This document shows, one piece after another, positions 42,022-52,063 of a DNA stretch of 64,000 nucleotides (its first letter is position 1; every line of letters starts with the position of its first letter). This DNA comes from Escherichia phage W22. Position numbers and translations under genes: made by a program. Where the stretch lies: the sequence record PV159336; one strand, written 5' to 3'. Under the pieces are notes generated by a model, which was not told the origin of the DNA, searched no databases, and saw only the letters and a program-made list of their open reading frames with translations.

Positions 42022-44897
42022 TGTCAAGAATTAAGCACAGAATTGACAATGTTTTTCAACTGATCGATGGACATATTCAGTTCTTAGATCGTAATACAGG
42101 TTTAACTGTAGATCCTACAGTGCAACACTATGTATTAAACCCACAAAACGTTCTAGCTAATAACAGACACTTTATAAACTGGACTGCTCAAGAAGGGCAA
42201 CCAAACGGGGATGCTACAACAGAAGGTCAATCCGTGCTTATTCTTGGTTGCGCTTATGCATACCTAGCTTCCGGCGATACAAAGTATTTAGACTCTGCTA
42301 AAAAATATTGGCAAGCCTATATAGATTACTTCTTTGGTGGTCAGCCTATTCCAGATCCGCCAGCAAAATATCGCCCTAACTGGATTATTAACGGTAAAGA
42401 ACCACGTCTTGCGCACTATCCTCTTACAGATGATGGCTACCCTACACACGGAGGTTTTAAGGGTAGCTTAATGACGTGGACTAACGGTAGAACAGTTATT
42501 CCTCATGGTGCTCCACATTGGGGAGAATACCTTGACAAAGCATGGTTTGCTTTTAATGGTAATCTAGGATGGAACTCTGTAAACGCTACAGTATATGCTG
42601 TTAATGCAGATGGAACAACAGATTGGTCTAAGAATGGAGATCAATGGGATGTTGATTGGATCATTGATCGTCTAGGACGTAAAGTTGATTGGGATGGAAA
42701 TATCTTAGAAGAAGGTTTTCCAACATCTCAATACGGAACAGTTCAACTAAAAAATACTTCTGTAAACGGTACATATAAATTTAACTACGCGACTTGTAAC
42801 CCTGTTGAACACGGTGGTTATTTAATGGAGCGTAACACTATGTGGCATAACAGACCAGTTAACGTTCCGGTAGAAATGGGCTTTCAGGATAATGCGTCAG
42901 ATGCCGAAACTTGGTGGTGTGATGCTAATTACCTGATGTACCAAATTACAGGAGAAAGAAAATATTGGCTATGCTGGCAGTCTTCACTGTTAGTGTGTCA
43001 AGATTACTCAAACATTGATATGTTTGATAAATTCTTCCGTAAATCTACATATGCAACTATTCCGTTTACAGATGGCATCTCTTACGATTATTCGTATCCA
43101 TCTACAGCAATACCTAAATATTCAAGAGATACTTTAGGTTATATTGTTATTAGACAAGATGTTGCTGCTCAAACAACATTAGAACAGCAAGCCATTTGGT
43201 TTAAAGTGGATCAGAACTCTAAGTTACGAGTTCAGTTTCAAGGTGTAGATGACGCAGGACATGGTATTCTTTTCCGTCCAGAGTTGGAACTAAGTAAGAC
43301 CAAAGATGAAAATAACACAGTAACTTACCGTTGTGGCTTACCACTGGGTACAGCTAGTATGACAAGCATGGATATTCCATTATCCAGCTTTATGAGAAGC
43401 ACCCCTCCGAATGGTGGAACATATATTATCGCAGATCCGCGAATTATTGTTGACTGGGGTGGCAATACTGTGGTACAATTTAAGTATGTAACAGGTATTG
43501 CTGGAACTAATAATGACCAGATTGTTACTGCATCAATGGATACGGATGGTGGTATTACTGTTGGTTTTTGGTTAACTCCTACATCAAAAGCTAATGTTAA
43601 GTCTATTACATATAGAACATATGAAGATGACTTTAACATGACTATCACGGATGCTCAAGGTTGGAGATGGTGGGCTATGCTTCCTAAAACGCAAGGGGCA
43701 TGGAGTACGAAGACTTTATCAGCTTCTGATTTTAAGTTAAGTGCTTACCAGCCTAATCATCCAGAAACAGATCCTAAACCTTCAGCAATAAATCTTACTG
43801 CGGTAGACCAGGTAAATTTAGTTCTCGATACGGCTCCTGTCAATGGTTTAACAGGAACAATAGATTTCTATTGTATTAACGATGTACCTGAAAGATATTC
43901 GTCATCTTCTGGTGATGATTATACCATGTACTTCCGTATCACTGTACAGGCTTCAAGTCCTCATACTGCTAAATTAGGTGATTGTACTATTATTGACTAT
44001 AAGTTAAATAGTCTTAATTACACACCAGGAATAATTCCATTCTCTAATATCAGTGACCCAAACACTGCATTGTATGATGGCTGGCGTGGTATTCCATACC
44101 CAGGATACCAATACCCTTCCTTATACTGTTTTGCAGGTAGAGATATTGATTGGACGCGTTTAAATAACAGTATCAATTTCTTGTATGATGCTCAAATGTG
44201 GTTTTATAACACGTTTGATCCTGTGATGCCTGGGCCTATGGCACAAGCATATGTGTGGGATCGTTGGGATGCAAGAAAATACGGTGAACCTAATACGTTT
44301 ACAATGAAACACTGGAATGAAAAAGCGTGGGATGGTTATGAAGCTCGTGCATTCTACTGTGCTTGTCATGCTGTATACGAACTTGTACAAAGAGGAGAAA
44401 CACCTCCTGAAAAACTAGTAACTGTTTGTAAAAATTGGATCAACTACCTTAAATGGTTCCAAGACAATAATGATGGAAGAACACCAACTATCTTTAACCC
44501 AGATGGTACAGTTCTTGCACCTATAGATGACTTTACTAGTCATATGTCTGCACTGTTTATGGCGGGTTGTTCAATCATGGGCTTGGCAGGTTATGATTCA
44601 CAAATTCCAAACATTGGTATTGTAGCAGACAGATGTTTTGATCTGATTCAGCAAAACTATATTGTGCTTTCCCCTAACCATCCGATGAATGGTTCCTGGA
44701 GTGTTGCACCACGCCCAGATTCAGATAACGGAATGTTCTTTGGTTTCCATGCTGGAGAACTATTACGTGGTTTTGGTTTATATGCCTTGTATCGTAAACT
44801 AAACCCTCAAAACGCTTTACCAATTTTGGATAATAGTAACATACCAACACTAACTGTTCTAACTATGAATGATATTAGTGTTGATGTAACCAAATAA
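42021..44897 (+). CDS. large tail / baseplate-associated structural protein
   Basis: 958 aa ORF; Trp/aromatic-rich. Confidence 0.4.
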   Translation: MSRIKHRIDNVFQLIDGHIQFLDRNTGLTVDPTVQHYVLNPQNVLANNRHFINWTAQEGQPNGDATTEGQSVLILGCAYAYLASGDTKYLDSAKKYWQAYIDYFFGGQPIPDPPAKYRPNWIINGKEPRLAHYPLTDDGYPTHGGFKGSLMTWTNGRTVIPHGAPHWGEYLDKAWFAFNGNLGWNSVNATVYAVNADGTTDWSKNGDQWDVDWIIDRLGRKVDWDGNILEEGFPTSQYGTVQLKNTSVNGTYKFNYATCNPVEHGGYLMERNTMWHNRPVNVPVEMGFQDNASDAETWWCDANYLMYQITGERKYWLCWQSSLLVCQDYSNIDMFDKFFRKSTYATIPFTDGISYDYSYPSTAIPKYSRDTLGYIVIRQDVAAQTTLEQQAIWFKVDQNSKLRVQFQGVDDAGHGILFRPELELSKTKDENNTVTYRCGLPLGTASMTSMDIPLSSFMRSTPPNGGTYIIADPRIIVDWGGNTVVQFKYVTGIAGTNNDQIVTASMDTDGGITVGFWLTPTSKANVKSITYRTYEDDFNMTITDAQGWRWWAMLPKTQGAWSTKTLSASDFKLSAYQPNHPETDPKPSAINLTAVDQVNLVLDTAPVNGLTGTIDFYCINDVPERYSSSSGDDYTMYFRITVQASSPHTAKLGDCTIIDYKLNSLNYTPGIIPFSNISDPNTALYDGWRGIPYPGYQYPSLYCFAGRDIDWTRLNNSINFLYDAQMWFYNTFDPVMPGPMAQAYVWDRWDARKYGEPNTFTMKHWNEKAWDGYEARAFYCACHAVYELVQRGETPPEKLVTVCKNWINYLKWFQDNNDGRTPTIFNPDGTVLAPIDDFTSHMSALFMAGCSIMGLAGYDSQIPNIGIVADRCFDLIQQNYIVLSPNHPMNGSWSVAPRPDSDNGMFFGFHAGELLRGFGLYALYRKLNPQNALPILDNSNIPTLTVLTMNDISVDVTK

Positions 44898-44905
44898 GGA
44901 AAATA

Positions 44906-47065
44906 ATGAAACAGGCTATTTTTACTGTAACTCGAAATACGAGAGTAAATGCCAGTTCATTCAGCTATAAGACCGTCGATGGAACGGCGGTCGCTGGTAG
45001 AGATTATGTAGCTAAACAGGGAACAGTAACGTTCCCTTCTGATGCAGATTCTGCTACTGTAGTGGTTGATGTATATGAACGTCCGGCAAACTCTTTAGAT
45101 CTTTATTTTACTCTTGAGATTACTAGCATAAGTCAAAATAACATGATGATCAACGAAGAAATTCGTTGTGTTATTACGACTGATCAATCGAATACAACCC
45201 CGCTAACTTGGCCTGTTGTGAAGTCTAGAATGTTTGATCCTAAGTTTTGGACAATAGATTCTCAAGCAACAGAAAGTTGTTCTATTATCTCTAATGGTGA
45301 TTCTTTCACAGCAAGAATGGTTAATAGGACAGTGGCTGGTCTTGCTGGGATTATTTGGTCAACTTACGATAAATATGATCACAAAGGATTAGGCTACCAA
45401 GAACATTCTGACTTAAGTAAAGAGAAACTTTGGTTTAAAATGGAACTTAGTCAAGGTGTTCCTGGATTAAAAGAAGAAAAATTAATACCATCCTTAACAG
45501 TGACACTGAAGGATGAAACAGTTCATTATGTATCTCTAAACTTTTATGCAGAAGAAGTTTCAGAGGATGGTAAAACAGCAACAATCAAACTAGATTTCTC
45601 AAATTTAAAATCTGGGCCAGAAAATGATATTGTTGTTGACACTACACAGATAGATAATATGTTCTTCTCCTTGATCTCAACGAGGTATCAAGAAATTGAA
45701 GATATTATTCCTGTAGACAATGAGGATCTTTCCTTTAAGTTTACCATACTGGAGCCTGATACTGGTTACAGTATGATGAATATGGGTAATTTAAATGTTC
45801 CAGCACACACCATAAGAATGTGTACATCTTATGATGATATGTATAACCTGACCCCAGAGCGAGTTATTTCTAACACCTACAGATTAGGTTATAGGGATAT
45901 GATTAACCACTATAATGGTATGTCACACTATTATCAGTTTAGTTGGGATGCTGGTTCTAATAAATGGGCTTTGAATAGAACAGAATATTTAAACCCAGCA
46001 ACAGAAGCATGGTTTGATAATTTCCACGCTAATGCAAAAGCTATGGGCTACACAGTAATGAATTCCTTAAGTTTTGAACTTATGAGTACAGTGTGTCCTG
46101 TAGAATGGGTACAACATACTTGGAATGATAATCTTGCTGCTACAGGTTATGAGCCACCAAGTTATGTTTTATCTCCTTCAATTGATGAAGGGATGAATTA
46201 TTTACAAGGTGTAATAAATAAGATAGCTTCTATATCCGCTGCTAATGATCTTCCGGTTATTATTCAGGTTGGTGAACCGTGGTGGTGGTATAACACAGCT
46301 ACCAATCTACCGTGTATTTATGATTATACAACCAAAGTTGCATTTAATAATGAAACTGGATTGTATGCACAAGATGTTGGTACAGTTAAAAATTATAAAA
46401 CTGGTACACCATATGATGAATATTATGCATTCCTATCTAAAACATTAGGACTGCGTGTTGCTAAATTTGCAACAGATACCAGATTAGCATATCCTGGAGC
46501 TAAAGTTACATTGTTACCATTTGTGCCATCCATTTTGGGTAACGGTATGATGGAATTTGTTAACTTCCCTAAAGATTATTATATCCCAGAAAACTTTGAC
46601 TTTTATTGTTCAGAATGTTATGATTGGTTGTTGGAAGGTAAGATGGAAAGATCTTTCGACGCTATCACAATACCTAATGAGCAACTAGGTTTTAGTTATG
46701 ATAAGATACATTATCTTGCAGGGTTTGTTCCAGATGCAACTCTAGCACCATTATATGGCTTTGATCCTGAATCAGACTACAGAACATATTTGTGGAAAAT
46801 GATTATAGGTAATATTGTATTGAATGACCAGAAGTTTGTTGGTTTATATCAATACATATGGGCTTATCCACAAATAATGCATGATTCAATAACTGTTCTT
46901 AATTCAAAATCCCAAGTTTTTTATATGGGTAATGTGCCTTTGAATTGCTATTTGCAAGATATCACTCTTAAACAGGTAAATGTTACGATTGCTACTATAA
47001 GCGGAATTACATTAGCCACTAAATCTGGAGAAGATTTAGTAACAACACAAAAATTTTATATATAG
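44906..47065 (+). CDS. tail-associated structural protein
   Basis: 719 aa ORF. Confidence 0.4.
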   Translation: MKQAIFTVTRNTRVNASSFSYKTVDGTAVAGRDYVAKQGTVTFPSDADSATVVVDVYERPANSLDLYFTLEITSISQNNMMINEEIRCVITTDQSNTTPLTWPVVKSRMFDPKFWTIDSQATESCSIISNGDSFTARMVNRTVAGLAGIIWSTYDKYDHKGLGYQEHSDLSKEKLWFKMELSQGVPGLKEEKLIPSLTVTLKDETVHYVSLNFYAEEVSEDGKTATIKLDFSNLKSGPENDIVVDTTQIDNMFFSLISTRYQEIEDIIPVDNEDLSFKFTILEPDTGYSMMNMGNLNVPAHTIRMCTSYDDMYNLTPERVISNTYRLGYRDMINHYNGMSHYYQFSWDAGSNKWALNRTEYLNPATEAWFDNFHANAKAMGYTVMNSLSFELMSTVCPVEWVQHTWNDNLAATGYEPPSYVLSPSIDEGMNYLQGVINKIASISAANDLPVIIQVGEPWWWYNTATNLPCIYDYTTKVAFNNETGLYAQDVGTVKNYKTGTPYDEYYAFLSKTLGLRVAKFATDTRLAYPGAKVTLLPFVPSILGNGMMEFVNFPKDYYIPENFDFYCSECYDWLLEGKMERSFDAITIPNEQLGFSYDKIHYLAGFVPDATLAPLYGFDPESDYRTYLWKMIIGNIVLNDQKFVGLYQYIWAYPQIMHDSITVLNSKSQVFYMGNVPLNCYLQDITLKQVNVTIATISGITLATKSGEDLVTTQKFYI

Positions 47066-47073
47066 GAGTAAAA

Positions 47074-47988
47074 ATGTCAACTACAATTACTAATTTACCC
47101 GAAACATCAAAAGTTAATGGTTCAGATTACCTGGTTTTAGATCAATCTGATAAAACTGTTAAAAGCACAGTTTCCAACTTTCTTACTGACACTGGGGTGG
47201 TTAAAGATTACACTCGTCCTAATATCCGTCAGTTGATCCGCGACCGTGAGGAAGCATTGATCGGAAACAAGGTTCGCTTTGTAACATGGAACACTCAAGG
47301 ATATAACAGTGTGTACAAGTATTATGGAAAAGACTTCGCTAACCAACAACGTGTAACAGACTTGACAGAGTGGTTCCTTCGCATAGGGGCTGATTTTGTG
47401 GGATCACAAGAAGTCTGGTCTGTGCCAGATCAACCGGATAGATTCTTCGCACAATATCCGTATATTTCTGCTTTCCAGTCTATCTCTCTTTGGGAATCAT
47501 CGCTAGGACGCCGCTACGGAAACCTGGCAGTAGCTACACGCGCTTTGAACAACAGTACGTTTAAGATTTATGACTCTCAGCCTATCCCTGGTGACACCGA
47601 TAAGGAACTCCGTTCATATATCCGAACGGAAATGACGGTAGCAGGAACGACCATCGCAATCTACGTCACACACTTGTCTCTTAATCAGACACGCATAAAT
47701 GAAGAGATTGCCGAGTTGGGGCTGGCAATGCAGAACGACACAGCGACGCACATCGTTGTCATGGGGGACTGGAACACTAACACTGATACTGACTTCGCGC
47801 CGTTCACCGATCATGGATTCACTATGGTGAACAGGTTCGGTGAATTTAACACCAACAACGTTGGCAATACCTGGTATCTCGACCGAATTTTCTACAAAGG
47901 TTTCTCGGCTGAAGATGATCGCGGGGTCTTTGATACTCCTGTGTCACTTGGCGACCACAAGGCTCTCTATGTAGATCTGGTAATTTAA
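47074..47988 (+). CDS. tail-anchored endonuclease/exonuclease/phosphatase (EEP) family hydrolase
   Basis: 304 aa; fibre-type N-terminus then EEP-like motifs WNTQGY, SQEVW, GDWNTN, SLGDHKALY; GC content visibly higher than flanks. Confidence 0.5.
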   Translation: MSTTITNLPETSKVNGSDYLVLDQSDKTVKSTVSNFLTDTGVVKDYTRPNIRQLIRDREEALIGNKVRFVTWNTQGYNSVYKYYGKDFANQQRVTDLTEWFLRIGADFVGSQEVWSVPDQPDRFFAQYPYISAFQSISLWESSLGRRYGNLAVATRALNNSTFKIYDSQPIPGDTDKELRSYIRTEMTVAGTTIAIYVTHLSLNQTRINEEIAELGLAMQNDTATHIVVMGDWNTNTDTDFAPFTDHGFTMVNRFGEFNTNNVGNTWYLDRIFYKGFSAEDDRGVFDTPVSLGDHKALYVDLVI

Positions 47989-48000
47989 GGGGAAAGGAAA

Positions 48001-49308
48001 ATGAATTTACATACAATTGACGCAAACATACTTGACATGCAGGGGCTGCCTTTGGATCTCCGCATCAACAAGATGCTGTCAGACATCAACCGCCTGTATC
48101 AACGAGGGCAGGTTATACTGCTTACTAAGTTTGCTGATTTAGGTCTTGCTGACACCGAAGCTACAATGGCAAATGTGTTCGCTCGTATGCCTAATAACAC
48201 CATCTTTATGACTGAAGTTTACCGTGGTGTTCACACCAATTTCGACATGCCGACACTAATCAACGGTGCGAGATTATCTGGACGGTTGATTGTCTATGGT
48301 TCGTCCGAGTCAAGTAACAAATTGACTGCATACTTTCAGCAAGAAACAGGTTTGTGGACACGCCACCTGAACAAAGGTGCTGCCACAAATTATACCGATA
48401 CGGGATGGCATAAGATTGAAGTTCATGGTTTGCAAGAGGATCTAACCACAAGCTCTGTGACTAATCTTGAAAACAAGCTGTCAAACCTAAAAACGCCAGG
48501 CATCTATTACATAGCTGGTAGCATAATGTCACAATTCACAGACGTGCCCACAACAGGTTCAGGAGCATCACTGTGTGAAGTGACCTATATTCACCATCTG
48601 GCTGACACAATACAGACTTTGCGTACCAACGGGGTTGCTCAGACCGGGTGGCGTAGACAAATTTCTAACAATGGAACTGTTGGGGAATGGAAACAGGAGT
48701 TTGTTAGTGGCTCTCCTATGAATAGTTCGTCTACTATAAGTTTCGCCGGGGGAACTGTTTCTGGGACATTAACTACAAGGACGCTCCAACCTGAAAAAAC
48801 AGCAACCCACAACATCGGTTATGCTTCTGCTGCATACAATCAAGCGTATTTTCAGAATGCGCCCACAGTTGTTTCTGATGTGAATTATAAACTATTCATA
48901 GACGATATTCCTGACGATGTTTTGGATGCGTGGAGCACGGTTAACTACTATCAGTGGAAAATGAAAACTGCTGTTGCGGAGAAAGGTGAGGAAAAAGCGC
49001 GCCTTCATGTAGGTGTCCTTGCACAAGAAATCAAAGAGAAGTTTGAAGCTGCTGGTTTGGATGCAACCAAGTATGGCATTCTTATCTATGATTGTTGGGA
49101 AGCTGTTGAGGCTGTTGAATATAAACCTGCTGTATACGATCCAGATACTAACGAATTAATCTCTGAAGAAGTTCAGGCTGTTGAAGGACGTGAAGCAGGT
49201 GAGATCTGGATGGTGCGAATGGAAGAGTGTCTTGCTTTAGAAGCGGCACTGATGCGCCGGACTACAAAACGACTGGAAGATCGCATGGCTGCTCTGGAAG
49301 GCAAGTAA
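48001..49308 (+). CDS. tail fibre protein with C-terminal chaperone-like domain
   Basis: 435 aa; C-terminal region rich in LE..R..ALE repeats; shares the GC shift of 47074. Confidence 0.4.
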   Translation: MNLHTIDANILDMQGLPLDLRINKMLSDINRLYQRGQVILLTKFADLGLADTEATMANVFARMPNNTIFMTEVYRGVHTNFDMPTLINGARLSGRLIVYGSSESSNKLTAYFQQETGLWTRHLNKGAATNYTDTGWHKIEVHGLQEDLTTSSVTNLENKLSNLKTPGIYYIAGSIMSQFTDVPTTGSGASLCEVTYIHHLADTIQTLRTNGVAQTGWRRQISNNGTVGEWKQEFVSGSPMNSSSTISFAGGTVSGTLTTRTLQPEKTATHNIGYASAAYNQAYFQNAPTVVSDVNYKLFIDDIPDDVLDAWSTVNYYQWKMKTAVAEKGEEKARLHVGVLAQEIKEKFEAAGLDATKYGILIYDCWEAVEAVEYKPAVYDPDTNELISEEVQAVEGREAGEIWMVRMEECLALEAALMRRTTKRLEDRMAALEGK

Positions 49309-49310
49309 AT

Positions 49311-49335
49311 AAAGCCCCGCTTCGGCGGGGAATTA
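49311..49335 (+). terminator. hairpin terminator
   Basis: AAAGCCCCGC-TTCG-GCGGGG hairpin with weak U-tract. Confidence 0.45.
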
Positions 49336-49539
49336 TAAAGGTACTATCATGGTCTTCATTACGATTCACACAAACTATGTCCTGCAAGCGCATGTCATCG
49401 CCATGTGATAAAATGATGAAAACATATCGTAGCAGGGTTAATCTTGTCTTTAGTTACTATCGTACTAACTCAAAATGTTGTCACTACCACTGCAAACCCC
49501 TCCAAAGAGGGGCTTACTTAGAAAAACAAAGAGGTTGTT

Positions 49540-49689
49540 ATGAACGAAATGTTCTCCCAAGGCGGTATTGCCCCAGGTACTACTGCCATTAGTCTTAGTG
49601 CTGCTGTACTTGTGCATTCAGCGGGTTCTGTAGACCTTGGGGAATTAGCTGTATATCGTGATTTAAAAAGTAATGAGAACGCACTATGA
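49540..49689 (+). CDS. small hypothetical protein (49 aa)
   Basis: Manual ORF MNEMFSQGGIAPGTTAISLSAAVLVHSAG... after AAAGAGG RBS; stop overlaps the next start as ATGA. Confidence 0.3.
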   Translation: MNEMFSQGGIAPGTTAISLSAAVLVHSAGSVDLGELAVYRDLKSNENAL

Positions 49690-49931
49690 GAAAATTTTTA
49701 ATAGGTATGTTCTGTACATATCCTGATAATAAAGTCAGTTCTACTAAAGTTTGGAATGCTATTGGTATGATTGTTATGTCCAGTATGTTTATTTATTTGG
49801 GAATTGATAAAGAAATTCCTGAATGGATGGGCTGGGCTTTTGTTTTTATGATCACACCATCTAGACTAATGAAGAATTTAATAGATTTACGTTGGGGCAG
49901 ATCACCTGCCCCTGATAAGGAGGATAACTAA
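49686..49931 (+). CDS. small membrane protein (two predicted TM helices), holin-like candidate
   Basis: 81 aa; hydrophobic segments AIGMIVMSSMFIYLGI and WMGWAFVFMI. Confidence 0.35.
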   Translation: MRKFLIGMFCTYPDNKVSSTKVWNAIGMIVMSSMFIYLGIDKEIPEWMGWAFVFMITPSRLMKNLIDLRWGRSPAPDKEDN

Positions 49932-51418
49932 TGGCAGATTATGGTTTAACAGATGCTGGTTTTGTCATTCCAACATTTGATGATATTCTAAATAATTATA
50001 TGACAGCATTGAAAAACACTTTCGGTGCAGATACAGCTACATCTGAAGATACTGTCTTTGGTCAACTGTTTCGTATTATTGCATATACAGATTACACCCT
50101 TTGGGAAGGTATGCAAGGTGTTTACAATACCCAAACCTTAGATGGTGCAGAAGGTATTTACCTTGATGAAATCTTCTCTAAAAGAGGTTTTTATCGTAAA
50201 GCTGCTTCTGCTGGTAGTGGTTATGCTTATGTTAAATCTAACAATAAGGCAGCTTGGACTTATGAACTAAGCACAGATGTTTATTTTAATGCCGATAACG
50301 ATTTGACATATTATGTCAGTGCACCAACAATGTTGAATGCTAAGATTGGAGCATATACCATTTCTAAAGCAAACGCAACAGCTTCTGGTGAAACTTCTAT
50401 TACTTTCTACATTCAAAGTGCTATTGATGGTGGTCTTAACAGTAAAACACTAAGTCCTAGCAATACAAACTTTATTGTAGATCTCACGAATTTCATTAAA
50501 GCTAACGTATCAACAACAGATCGTGCTTTAGTATGGAATGATGCTAGTAATGTTTACATGGGTTATAATCCAGAAGATAATGTTAACCCAATAGGTCTAG
50601 TAACACCAGTGAAATTTTATGCATCCATTGCAATTGGTACAAAATGGAGTGAAATTCCAGTTACGTGTTCAGACGTTGGTTATAATCCAGTAGGTACAGA
50701 AAGTATTACAGGTATTTCTTCAACGTTTACAGGCTTTTTAGATACAGGTAACTTCTATCCGTTCTCTCCAGGTACAGATGTTGAAACAGATGCAGAATTC
50801 CGTTCTCGTTTCAATGATAATATGGATGAAGCTAATGCTGCTACTCGTGCTGCTATTGTTAAAGCTCTATTACTGACAGATGGTGTGACAAAGGTTAAGA
50901 TTTATGATAACCCTACACTACACGATCAGGAACATGCTCCAGCTATGACATTCCAGACTATTGTGTATGGTGGTACAGCAGAAGAAGTTGCACAGGTTAT
51001 TTATAATACTAAGCCTATTAACACCTTAACTTATGGTACGACAGCAATTACTATCATAACAGAAGATGGTGGTCAAGAAGTAATTCGTTTTTCTCCTGGT
51101 GATAATGCGGAATACTCACTTAAACTGGTATATCAAACTGGCAATGGTAGTGTGTTAAGTACAACAGAAAGGGAAAATATTGTTTCTGCTCTTGCAAACT
51201 TACAGGCTTACTTTGAATTAGGCTCAACAGTAACTAACGATCAGATAAAAGGTGTAATTTATTCTGCACTTGCGTTCGGACGCTTGACTTCTCTCCGTGT
51301 TTATGTTAAACTTAATACTGAGGATGACAGTAAATATAATGAGGGAGATATTACTCCAGCGTACAATGTTGTACCATCCTTTGACCTTGATAATATTTCC
51401 TACGAGTACGGAGTCTAA
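49931..51418 (+). CDS. baseplate protein J-like
   Basis: 495 aa; size and position before gpI-like and fibre genes. Confidence 0.4.
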   Translation: MADYGLTDAGFVIPTFDDILNNYMTALKNTFGADTATSEDTVFGQLFRIIAYTDYTLWEGMQGVYNTQTLDGAEGIYLDEIFSKRGFYRKAASAGSGYAYVKSNNKAAWTYELSTDVYFNADNDLTYYVSAPTMLNAKIGAYTISKANATASGETSITFYIQSAIDGGLNSKTLSPSNTNFIVDLTNFIKANVSTTDRALVWNDASNVYMGYNPEDNVNPIGLVTPVKFYASIAIGTKWSEIPVTCSDVGYNPVGTESITGISSTFTGFLDTGNFYPFSPGTDVETDAEFRSRFNDNMDEANAATRAAIVKALLLTDGVTKVKIYDNPTLHDQEHAPAMTFQTIVYGGTAEEVAQVIYNTKPINTLTYGTTAITIITEDGGQEVIRFSPGDNAEYSLKLVYQTGNGSVLSTTERENIVSALANLQAYFELGSTVTNDQIKGVIYSALAFGRLTSLRVYVKLNTEDDSKYNEGDITPAYNVVPSFDLDNISYEYGV

Positions 51419-51420
51419 AA

Positions 51421-52050
51421 ATGGCAGTGAGTGTTGACCATGTGACAACGTGGGATAGTATCAATGAAGATGTTAAAGACCTACTGATTGAAGATTTTAA
51501 ATCTTCTCCGAACATTGTCAAACTACTCTATATCATTTCTAGCGAAAAACAAAAGATAGATCAGGCAATGATCTATCTTGCCAAACACCGCTTAATCTCT
51601 ACTGCAACTGGTAAGTATTTAGATCTTATTGGTGAAGAGATGGGGATGGAAAGAAATGGTGCTACGGATGAAGAGTATCGTACAATATTAAAAATCAGGG
51701 CTTATCGTGTTGCGTCTTCTGGTACGCGAGATGATATCATTGATATGTTCGCTCGTTTTACAGGAACAGAAAAAGAAACGATTAATACATACGTTGGATT
51801 AAATAAAACATTCGACGTATTCTTTTATAATTTGTGTCTACAATCCGATCAGGCAGTAGCACAGTTACTTAACGTTTTCCCGATCCTAAGTAGTTATCGC
51901 TTAGGTGCGAAAGCGGGTGCAGCCTTTGGTTTCACTTCCTACTATGCCACAAAGCCACCTCATGGTATAGGTGGTTTAGGTTCTCTTTACACAGAGGCTG
52001 AAGGAGATGATACAGGGCGAATGACTATGCTGATAGCTCAAATAGAATAA
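51421..52050 (+). CDS. tail protein I-like (baseplate)
   Basis: 209 aa; position after the J-like gene. Confidence 0.35.
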   Translation: MAVSVDHVTTWDSINEDVKDLLIEDFKSSPNIVKLLYIISSEKQKIDQAMIYLAKHRLISTATGKYLDLIGEEMGMERNGATDEEYRTILKIRAYRVASSGTRDDIIDMFARFTGTEKETINTYVGLNKTFDVFFYNLCLQSDQAVAQLLNVFPILSSYRLGAKAGAAFGFTSYYATKPPHGIGGLGSLYTEAEGDDTGRMTMLIAQIE

Positions 52051-52063
52051 GGAGTTACCCTTA

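Noticed and set aside
49227-49592. 121-aa plus-strand ORF spanning the terminator after the fibre gene
   Set aside because: Starts inside the upstream fibre CDS in another frame, runs through the terminator hairpin, Cys/Arg-rich; the 49-aa ORF at 49540 with a proper RBS fits better
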